From NCBI GenBank assembly GCA_040954595.2, contig CM082591.2, forward strand, positions 6,045,009-6,109,008: a DNA stretch of 64,000 nt, in the 5' to 3' direction. This stretch comes from Balanoglossus misakiensis. Its lineage: Eukaryota > Animalia > Hemichordata. Shown in pieces: positions 11,401 to 23,400 of the stretch. Position numbers and translations under genes: made by a program. A model generated the notes under the pieces. The model searched no databases and was not told where the DNA came from. It was given only the letters and a program-made list of their open reading frames with translations. Position 1 is the stretch's first letter; each line of letters begins with the position of its first letter.

Positions 11401-14400
11401 TTTTCGCGTTCTCTTATTTCATTCACTGCATCGTTATCTTCAAAAACAATTTACGCGACTTTTTATTTTCACGCTTTTTTGGCTCTCGCGTATTTCGTGA
11501 AAATTTATTGCTCGCGAAAATAAAGTGTTTTACAGTAGTACTCTGTTCTTCTCAAAAACTCTTGTGAAATCAGTGTTTTCACTGTTTGTAATCCAGAACC
11601 AAACATTCTTGTGGCATGCGATGCACAAGATGTCTCATTGCTTCAGGGGGTTGATCCATGTCTGTTTACGTTACACCACCCTTAACTGCTGAAAAAATAG
11701 ATCAGACCATATCATGCGTAAACCTATTATTAGATCATTCCAACTGCGAGATTCGAGGGGTGGGCGGGGTCAAGTGTCCGATAAACGGGTTATTAGTCGC
11801 TTTATATAGACTTTAGTGGGATTGATTCTGCTACCCTTCATGTCCGCATTTTTAAAAGAGATTGGAAAATGCAATAGAGCTTCTGTGTAGATTTCATTAA
11901 AGGGACAAAGTCTCTCTCTCGCTGCCCTTTTTTCCATTAATTATATTTGATACAAGACACCGTTTGTTATTCTACATGTGGATATATATTGAATGACCGT
12001 TCAACCACACACAACTTCCACCCCTCTTATAGACAGGAGAGTGAAAAAACTCGCCAAAATGAATAATCGTTCTTTACCATTTATTCATTTTGGGCGAGTT
12101 TTTACTCTCATATCATACAAACGGGATGGAAGTTGTGTGTTGTTGATTATTGATTCACTCTATATCCACATGTAGAATAACATAAATGGTGTCTTGTATC
12201 AAACATAATTAATGGAAAAGGGGCAGCTGGAGAGAGACTTTGTCCCTTTAAGTACAGTTTGATAAACTTAAAAAATAGCGATCAAGTCACATTGACTGTC
12301 CTTGTAGAACTGTATGCTGAGAAACTGTTCTAAAATTGTCTGTTCCCTGATAAGTCTCAAGATCAAAATGCGTACCAAGAATTTGGAGCAAAGTATGGAG
12401 CCAAATTTGTGTTCTATCGCGGTCCCAAATCCCATGTATGCACGCAAAATGGGGCCATAAAAACTGAGGAGGAGGTATGGATATGCCACAGCGAGTGTGA
12501 TGGGGACTGTGAGAGTGTGATTACTGGCACTTGAAGACTCAACCAGATCAAAGCGCATAGATAATAGAAAAAAGCAATTGTCTGTGATCAAAGTCTGCCG
12601 TCTGTCACATCTCAGAGAATTCCAAGTAGAACTGCCAGAGAAATCACAAAAAATGCTAAACACAATCACCTGTGTACTCCTTTACATGACACGTTTCGTG
12701 AACACAATAAATAATGCAAAACATAGTAATTATTCCTTGCTTTTTTTTTAAATTACATTTTGAAACTTTATCCTTTGATTTGACCTCACAGCTTATGCCT
12801 TTGTGGACTTTGAAGACCGAAGGGATGCTGAGGTAAGTGAAATATAAACCGAATCTGGTGTTCTGTTCCAAGTGGCCTGTATTTGCCTTGACCAGCAAGT
12901 CTGTGTGAATTCTCTTTCAAAGGGGAGCCCTTTGGAACCTAATAAATGTATATATTGTCTTCCAACCTTCCCTTCAGATGGTTTCTTAAATTCAGAGAAA
13001 AAAAATGACATAAATATTTTACTATACATGATATACATGCATATCACTTTTTTCCGATTTTTTTTTTTTTTTCGAATTAAAATTTAATATTGAGATGCTC
13101 AAAGTTTTGTGTATTCATTGAAAACTCAATTTTTTTATATTTCATCCTGTTTCAACAACATTGAAATTTTGAAAATACTGAACCTTTTTGAAATGTTTTT
13201 TCTCCTCACAATTGTGCCAAATTTCATGAATAATGACGAAAGTTTGACAAAAAAACACAGGAGGCCGTCCACTGTCCAGTCTGATAAAGCAAGAGTCCTA
13301 AAGCCGCCACCATGACCTGAGTAAGAGCCAAGTGACCCCTGACATTTGACCTCAGACCGTGACCTTGACAGTCCACCAGCCTTCTGCCAGAATAGAGTCG
13401 ACCTCCTCCGTGCAGAATTCCGATTCTGAGTCCGGGCTATTCCGATCCGAACCATGATTCCGGGCCGCCCTCGGGGTTAACCGAAAAAGCAAAGGAAAAT
13501 TGACGTTGAGTGGCGTCGACTGCCTGCCTGGTCTGGGCGCGTGTGACGGGTCTCGCAACCGACCTCTCCACTCTCCACCATACGAAAATACGAGCCATCC
13601 ACGAAGAGTGGGCCGATATGATCCGTTACTGACTCGAGCAGCTATAACCACCTGAGTATGTGGGTCCATATGCATATGTTATGTCTCGCTTATTGTTTTG
13701 TCGTAGTTTGCAGGTAACGTCTTGTTTCGTGTCTGTGTGTTTAACATTGTGTTTGTGAATTACGAGTGTCTGAGTGTGTAGTTTTCTTTAAGTCTAGAGT
13801 GTGGATTCTAAAGAAAATACTTGCAAATATATCATTTTCCCCATTTTCAGTTCAATTTCTCTCTTAACTTTGGTGTAGTTACATTTTATGGGTTTTATCA
13901 GTACAATTAATTATGAATAAGTATGCATTAAAAATGCATTAAAAAGTAATAAACGGACATATTAATGCAAATTACCAAATAATTAGCATACCACCTCTCA
14001 CAGTTTGCACCAATGAAAATTTGCCAAGCAAGTCATCATGTGACACTTTCCACCAATGAGAATTGGCCAAGTCAACACTGACATTCTCATCAATTTTTCA
14101 TCCGATAGCTTCTGTATACCCAGAGATGCACCAGTTAACTACTGTACTGTAACACATTCATCAAGCTTAGCTAATGGAATTTTGTGATAATGACAGACTT
14201 CCATCTATTTCCTTGTATAACTCCCAAAATAACCCTTTAAATCTACCACATAGTACCAGGGGTATCATGATCTGCAGAGTATATATATATTTAAAATACA
14301 TTTTGTAGTTCTTGAAAGCCAGTGCAGATTCTGAGATCAACAAGTGATTCATGTTGATAACTCCAAAAATGGGCTATCATTTTTAAAAGCTGATTCAAAG

Positions 14401-17400
14401 ATTCCAGTTATACAAAAGCAAGATAATTGAGCATGTAATAAATGCTTGCAGTTACGGACAATTGATGTGGGTGACATTTTAACCCTTTCACCCCTTGTGC
14501 CTTCACATAGATCCAGCATTGCCAATTGAGAACAATGGGAGTCAGACCAAACCATTTTGGTAATAGGGTCAAATCTATTGAAACATGGGGACTGTTGTGG
14601 CTAACTGTACCATAATTTTACCTCTTTGAGTCGTAGTTAAAAGCTAATGAAAGTACATGTAATGGTTTTTGGTTGAGTGGAGTGTCAAGACGGTCAATAG
14701 CCACTGATGTCAATAAAATTAAAATAGAGCATAGAAATACACTGTATTTGCAGAACTTGCAGATGAAACAAGCTTTTTCTGTTGAAAAGGCAGTCTCTCA
14801 GCCTTCTGAATGGTGAAAGTGGAATTGCACATGTAAAGTAGTTATCTGCAAACATTTGATATATCATAGTCTACCCAATGGCATGTTTCTATGGCAACTC
14901 AAATAATGGCTATTCCCCAAGGGAAAGGAGTATGCAAGTTAATTACTGCAATTGCAATCAAATGGACCAGGTTATAGACGGATTTCCTACATGAAGTTAT
15001 GAAATGGTTGGTTGCCAGGGCGATTTCTGAAAACAAGGTACATTCAGAAGGCCAATACTTCAGCCTTAATTAAAATCAATTTTTTCTCCAAATTCCAGTA
15101 AATGTTACTTTCACATACATGAAGCTAACTACATGTACATGTAGTTCTAAGACTGTTTGCTTCTGAGTATGTGGTGTTATTTTCCCAAAATTTGATCAGA
15201 CACTTATACTATGGCGAATTCAAACTGAACCGCTCATGCTCAATGGGTTTCCACGGAGACATGAAGTTCCCATCAAACTTTAAGATAACTGGTGTGTGAG
15301 CAATTTGTCACTGTGGGCCTCCACTTACAGAGCTATGCATCACACCAAGGTCTAATCTTATCACAGTCATCATAAGTTACGAGACGTCTTCCAAGGAGAC
15401 GTATGCCTTAGTACTGTAAAACGGGTTATTTTCGCGAGCAATAAATTTTCGCGAAATACTTGAGAGCCAATAAAACGTGTAAATAAAAGTCGCGTAAAAA
15501 GTTTTTCGGAGATAACGATGCAGTTAGTGAAATACGAGAACGCCATAATTAATTCTCGCCTAACAGTTGCCTCTTTTGATATCGCGAACATTTCCTGTCG
15601 CGAAAATAACCCGTTTTACAGTATTTATCATAAGAGGTCTCTGTGAGTAATTTTCTCCTGGTATTAGGAAGAGAAGGTTAATGCATAAACAAATAATAAA
15701 AATACTGTAATTTTATAAGTTCGGTCATAAAACAAGCATAGACCACTTCGTAGATAGGGTATCTGCAAGGCATGATGGTATAATTTGCGTTCAAGATATC
15801 GTCTAGTCTCGGTTACCCAGACGCCTTTGCTTCTTCCGATGCTCTCCAGAAAAGGGTCTGGGGAAATGCTATTGAAAGCTTTGTAAAACAAAATGGCCGA
15901 TGTCAGGATTTTGATCATCGCCTGATTGGCTGAGCTGTCAGTATGACCCGGGTCACTGCAATAGTTTCGACAATCGTCTACCAAAGATATTTCATATAAT
16001 TTCTCCAACAATGCTAACAGAGGACGCCTTTTGCCTTTCGCATGAACCAACAAGTACCGGTCTCTTGATATGAAGATACGACAAATAATCACACATTGTC
16101 GAGAGTCGGTGACCCGGGTCATACTGACAGCTCAGCCAATCAGGCGATGATCAAAATCCTGACATCGGCCATTTTGTTTTACAAAGCTTTCAATAGCATT
16201 TCCCCAGACCCTTTTCTGGAGAGCATCGGAAGAAGCAAAGGCGTCTGGGTAACCGAGACTAGATATCGTCTAGTACATGGCTAACGCACGCGCTCAGAAC
16301 GCAAACTGTCCCACAACTCCCTGCGTTATTCTATCCGCGAAGTGGTCCATAACCACTGGGTTTGTTCCGCTTGCGGATTCTACGTGTATTTGAAATAATT
16401 CTTCAATCAAACACTTAAAATGGCCACAGCTCTTACTGAGCAAACAATTTGCATGAAGCTGATAAACAAGGGTGGGTGGATTTTTAACTTGTGAGTAGTT
16501 GATATAGACCGTTATGAATTCCCATGCCTGCAGCAATTAAAATGTAATAGCAGAGTGGACATGCGGTTTGAAATTTAAGAACTGCATGGGGTTACACCAG
16601 CTGTCTTTGTGAATCCACTGGTTAAACCTATGTAGTCCTTTGTATCTGCAGTTCCTTTACCAGCTTGGCTGAAATTTGGGGTCTGAAATATAAGAGTCAG
16701 GGCTCATATAAATTTTAAGCTTACCCTGCAGAAAGATTTAAAATGTGCAGGTCAGTTTATCTAGGAGGGGAAAATTAAACTTTGCAAAGTGTAATACACT
16801 TAAGGTGAGAGAGATGGATTTTGCCATTAGATTGCACTTTTCTGTGGTGAACAATTCCAGAAGGCTTTTATTGTTGTATACAGAGTGGCAGGGATTGATT
16901 TTAGCCAACTGATGAAGCAGTTTGGATGCCTTTATGTGCAAATCACTGTACCTGTGGCATGTATATAGTATCATGAACTGCAAATGCCCACCTCACACAA
17001 TTACTACATTTAATTTTTAAAACTGGGCTTTTTGCCAGACCCTTGTGATGCCAATATCACCCCCATTCAAATACATGTACAATGTAGCAAACAGTGATCT
17101 TGCCAAATCTTAGAAATTATTTTCGGTTATTTAATACATGTGTACATATAATTTTTATAGCAATTAGCATATATAATTTTGTTCTAAAAGCTGACATTTC
17201 ATTGTCATGAGTACAGTGTAGATCAAAAAAAAAAGTTCTTTGATCTCATTCTCATTTGAAATATGGTGGAGTAGAAGTACATGTTGTAAAGCTCTCGTTT
17301 GCAGAGTACTCCTGATCCCAGTACAGTACCACTGAATGTAGCCCTGCGTACATGTCTGTGTGTTCCTTGCACCACACTGTCTTCACACCGCGCCTGAAAC

Positions 17401-20400
17401 ACACAGACCTGAACGCAAGGCTACACTGACTGCGTGAATGCAATGCTTAGGTAAACGCAGTTGCCCTGGGGGCCAAAGTTAATTTTATCAGAGCTGTCTC
17501 CCTGAAGTGAGATTTATGGTTCCTGGCCCAAGCGTTGGGGATCACCATGTTGGCACAAGTTCCTGTCTGTGACTGACAAGCAGCAACTTGTGCAGGAAAC
17601 CGGTGTTGTCCAAATAAATTATATTACCTGGCATCTGTGTGCAAACATGGAATTTAATATGCTGACCAATCATGTCAGTGTAGAGTTACCTGACTATTAA
17701 AGGTATACGATCAACTATGCAAATTTAGCTACTGTTACCATGGTAAAGTGAGATCTAACCAATCATAGATTTTCAGTGGGTGGCACATACGAAAAAAAGA
17801 GCGCCACCATGTGTTCTTTAGAACGCTCAAATACGCCATTTTCAGCCATATATGGCGTATGTAAATTGGAGGTGACTGTATACCTTTAAAGGAAAGCAGG
17901 CTAAGAAAAAAACTAAAGATTGCCTACTTGGTCTCTGTAGTAGGCCTCTGTCACCTAAAACATCAGAAATTAACTGCATCATGTCTGATCGTTGAGTGAT
18001 TTTGTCTCTTTTTATTAAAAATCAAATAGGCGTGAGTATTAATTTACATGTTTGAAGCGTGAGATGAAGCTTACATGCGATGATATTGATGTTTCAAACG
18101 GTCAAAAGTCAATACTCTCTCAACCCCCCCTAGCGGTGCTGTGATTTATAAACAGCATCGGTGTCATCTCATTGATCTGCTGGGAAATTGAGGCGGAGTG
18201 ATTTAATCCAAGCACCATATGGACACACGTGTACGTACGGTGTCGCATCGCACTTGGCTGAAAACATTCCATTTTTATTGCGGTTTTGGAGAGCGACCAT
18301 ATGTGGCAAGGGCATGATTGATACATTAATTTATATCAATCAATGGTTTTCTCCAATAGCCCTAGCTCGACATACACAGCTGAGAACCAGATCGATGTAG
18401 CAAACTTAGTCCATTCCAACCCATGTGGATCAACACATCCTCTAATTAGACACTAAAAATTTTCAATTTTACTATTGTACAATTTTCATCAATTATAGTA
18501 GACAGGCCTTAAAGGTATACGGTCACCTCCAATTTACATACACCCATATATGGCTGAAATGGCGTATTTGAGCGTTCTAAAGAACATATGGTGGCGCTCT
18601 TTTTTTCGCGTGTGCCACCCACTAAAAATCTGGGATTGGCTAGATCTCAATTTGCCATGGTAGCTATAGCTAATTTTCCATAGGTGACCATATACCTTTA
18701 ATTTGGATGCAGACAGGATGACCCTAAAACATTCAAAAACCTCTTTATAGTTTAACTATATACCTATGGAGAAGTTTTTATAAATAGTTCATATATGCAT
18801 GGATTACTACAATTGATACTAGTGCCTGATATTCATTCACCATGTGAATATGACACCTGATAGCACGATGTCTCTGTTGTTCGGGGAATTTCTAAAATTG
18901 CCCGATCCATTATTGGGGAAAGCTGGGCCAATCAGAAGCTGCCAGGTCGAACTTCCAAAATAATCACCATCTGTCTGTCTCTTTTTGTGTTTAATCCTCG
19001 GTTCGCTTTTTGTTTGAAAATTAAATGAAAGGGCGTTTGGCTGGAACTGTTACCTTTATTTCTAGTTTATTTGTTCTGGGTATCAAATTCAATTTCTTTC
19101 TCTACGCCAAACATCATACTTATATACCCAGTACTCCACTTGTCAACATCGCCTGCATGCATGTGTGAAACAATCATTGTTATTGTTGACAAATAAATTT
19201 TAGTCTAGATTTCAATTAAAATTTTGCATGTAATAAAATGCTGACTATGTTGAGTTGCAAACACATGATACAAGACTATCGCTCTTCAAATACAGCACTT
19301 CCGGTCAACAGATTCACAATGGCTGTATACAATTTAATCTCAAAGACAGTTGTTTCATCCTTATGTATTTCCAACTTCGCTTCAGAAGAAAAGTTATCAA
19401 CATTTCTGACATAACATGGAAGGTAAAAGAAAGGTGGCTGAACAGACGGAGTGACAGACAGAATGACAGACCAACCAGCAGACAGGGAGAGAATATATGT
19501 TTTGATAATGATACATATACTGGTTGGTAGTACGAAGTCAATAAAAACAGGTGGCTGTAAAATGTATCTGTAATTTCCCTAGCGAATGCTGAATCGAAAT
19601 GAATTATCAAACCAGACAAAAGAGAGATCCAGTTTAGATTGTTGTTTGCTTGAATTCTGAGGAAATCCTCTCCAGGCATTCTTCAATAATAAAACATTAC
19701 TTTTTGTCCTTTGAAGTATCAGAAAAAAAAGTATGTAAAAGTGGAATATTATAATGATATTTCATCAAAGATTGTCCACAGGTGGCTTCAGGGGTAATTT
19801 CCCATTTCATGGTGCCTTCATTATAAATTAATGTGGAAGTTGTCCATCTACCTTGTTTCAGTACTGAACTGAAAACCATTTTGCTCTGTCAGTCCGTCTG
19901 TCTGCCTGTCTGTCAAGAATGGTTTCCTCCAGTGTTTCCTAACCTGTGTTTCAGTTCAAGGTACATTAGCTGGAACTGTTGGCTTTTATTTTCAGTATTT
20001 TTTTGTTGGTTGTGTGTACCAAATGCAATTTCTTGTTCTACTCCTAAAAGCATGCTAATACATGTATATACCCAGTCACCAGTGTTCAACCTGTAAAATA
20101 TGTGTATTGCTGACAAGTACATGTAGGTTCTAGTCTGCATAATGACAGGGATATCTCTGTGATTCTTGCATACAATACATACATACTTGTGAACTCGTAG
20201 CCACATTGTTGAAACGTCAATGACACATTCAGCATTTCATTCCCAAGATTAATGACATGTTTTAAAGTCCTGTATCAGCACTAACCCCAGGATATGACCT
20301 TTAAACTAGTTTAAAGGGTATTTAAAGTGTCCATGCCCACCTATTTCGAAGTTACTATTTTTTTCCTGTCGAAGTCTCCACAGAGGGGTATTTCTATGTG

Positions 20401-23400
20401 TTATGTACATGTATTATGTGGTTGAAAAAAAAATGTTTGGGCGAAGGCTGTGTGTTGGGTGAGCCATAGTCAAGTCCAATACCTTGTTAACGAGGAGTCT
20501 GGGTCCATTACATGGTTAGATTATCCACCCTCTTTCAGTGTAGTGTACTCTTATATATAAGGCAGTATCTAATAATTCTATTAGGTCAGCTGTTGGCTCA
20601 TACATGGATCTTTCAGAAAATCTTCCCAAACGTTACAAGGCCGATCATCATCAGTATTTTAATACACTGGCTTCACTATATACTGTAAAATTAGTTACAT
20701 GTATGTTTACACAGCATGACGAGTACATGCATCATAAATCAATGTAATCATGTGTATTTTTGAGTTGTGTATGTAACAAGATACAGTTTAAGTTGAGCTT
20801 ATATCATATCATACGGTATCATATCAGGGACAATTACAGAAACATGCTAGTTACATGATACGTCATAATACTGACACATCAATTATATCCAGTGCATGAT
20901 GTAGTACTTACTGTAAAACTTTTTTTTTTCGCAAGAGGAAATTTTCGCGATATCAAAAGAGGCAACTGTTATGCGAGGATTATTTTTGGCATTCTCTTAT
21001 TTCACTGACTGCATCTCCGAAAAACATTACACGACTTTTTATTTTCGCGTTTTTTTTTTTGGCTCTTGCGTATTTCACGAATTTTATTGCTCGCGAAAAT
21101 AACCCCGTTTTACGGTATCTCTTTCACACAAGAATAGTGCACTGCACTGTGTGTGAACCCTGTGAAGTTTTCAGTTTAAACGCTGCATACTCTATTCCCT
21201 TGATGAGGGCTCTCTGCAAAGAGCTGTTCGTGTGAATAAAGTAGTTGTGAGTTCACCAAAGCATGGAGGTGTAGGCACAAAATCATGGGCGTAGAAATGA
21301 CACAAAACCTTAAAGTCCCTATAGCTGCCAAATTTCACATATTTTTTTTTCGACAATAAAATACTTCAAACATATTCCCTATCCTTTAAAGTCCTCACCA
21401 TTAAGCCATATTACTTGCATTTGCATCAGTTTGTCATCTCTTGGCGACGCATACCACGATAGCTGTGTATTGTTTGTATGGAGGCTGATTAAATCAGTGT
21501 GGCACCGTTTTAATACATAGCGTGTTCAAATCGCTACAGACAGCCACAATTGGGCATCGATAAGGCGTTCATGTATACCTATCAGTAAGCTTATTTAGAT
21601 GGACCGATTTAAGTGGGAAAATAAAATCATGAAACTAAAGCAAAAAGTGGCAGCTCTAGAGGCTTGAACGCAAACAGAACACTAGACAGACATTTCATCC
21701 TATTCGTCCAAGTCACATCTGCTGTGATAGCTTCAACCCAGTGATAAATAGCTTGTCATGAAGGAGAGGTCTTAGAGGTGCATGTATCCAGTTCGTGTTG
21801 CATGGACACGGAGTCCTCGGTATGTGCCTGTGTCTCATTATCCAGAATGTCAAGCTGACACACATACTAGCAAACCTCTGATGAAACATTGTAATGAAGA
21901 GACGCTGTCTGTGAAAGAGGGGGGGAGCCATATAGCTAATTAAAACCTTGCAGTAATTGCTTTCTAAATATACCGTAGAAGATTGCTAGGTGTTTTTTGC
22001 ATCCGTTTGCTGGTTTCACCGTCATGTAATACATGTATGTGGTTATGAAGAGACATATCAAGTTATACCAACTTAAGATTATATATCCCAACTAAGAATG
22101 AAACCATCGCCAGCTATTGGTGTTTTATTTTTCTCACACTGCCATCAGCAGGGTTTTCATTAAGTGTCAGAGTACCAGGAGAATATGACAAAGTGGGGAG
22201 GGTAGACTAATTTGCATAAGCGTTTACATATACATGTAATTTGCATATAGTTTTACATATAATTTGCATATATTTACATCTATTTTATGACAAAGAATGT
22301 TATTAAATATAGGTAAAAGTGACTAAGCAACAAAGACCAAGCTGCAGAAAAATCAGTCTTAGTCCTGAACCAGGAAAGCCGCTGTTAAATACAGGAACAT
22401 TAGTCTGGAAAAGAATCTGCATGTGTATAGTCTGTTGGTGAATATTTTTGTCTACCAGAGTTTATCCTTTGAGCATGTCTAGGTCTGTGTCAGATGGTCG
22501 TGAGTTGCTGAAAGATCACAGACAGTAATTGCCGTAGGGGGTCGAAGGAAAACAGTAATCTGAACTGGCATGTATCTGTCATCAGCTTGCTTATCCGCAA
22601 AACATGGTCCTACAGAATATGGGTGATGTTTTTCCCAGCTTTGCTGTTGACAGCACGGTTGGGGGGATTAAGACACCTTTTATCGTAGACATATACATGT
22701 ACAGATGTTACTTTGTTGACCTACAGTTCACCCTGTGTCTTGTCTGTTCAAAAAATACTTTACATTATTTTAATGATTCTCAGGATGCTTGACTTTATTG
22801 GTTGGGTTGTACGTACACTGAAGATGATACTAGCATTTATTGGCTCTAATTGAAGTCCTGGACATATTGATTTATAACAGGCAAAGCAAATGCAGATACT
22901 GTAACCACCATATAAGAGCTTTTTATAGTTAAGCTGAGTAAATTGTGTTTTAATGTGGAATATTTAGACATTTGGCTGTGTGATGAATTGGTTAATGAAT
23001 TTTTGAAGGACACCTGTTGAAATGACTGTCAATAAAATTAATGCGTGGCATTACGTGATTAAATGACTGAATTTGTCCAGCGGAGGAAACGTTTTGTTTG
23101 AATTAAATGAAACGGTAGCGATATTAAAGCGCCTAGCTAGTCTCACACGCATGTTCCAGCTGTAGCCGCTGGTTACAGACGTTTAATGAATAGTCAATCC
23201 CATAAGGCAGTGCTCACACAAGATGGCGGCGACCATAATCTGTGTCGGAGATCGGGCAAAGACACTAGCTTGGGTGACAAGGAGGGACAAAACCAGAATC
23301 TACTTATACGGTGCGCATGAAATATGGAAGGAAGCGAAGGCAGTCCACTATTTGTATGCATCAAACAGAAAATTTGCTGGGAAGTTACGCGCATGCGCGT

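Noticed and set aside
11993-12175. Recurrent short ORFs (also 26877, 23194, 30231, 45534)
   Set aside because: They lie inside MITE families B and C and have no transposase motifs.
13352-13675. Minus-strand ORFs or telomerase-like RNA in the CpG-rich intron block
   Set aside because: No recognisable domain and no CTAACCCTAA template. A sense-strand splicing role explains it better.
15664-16284. Identical peptide on both strands (DPGHTDSSANQAM...)
   Set aside because: Consequence of the transposon TIRs, not a gene pair.
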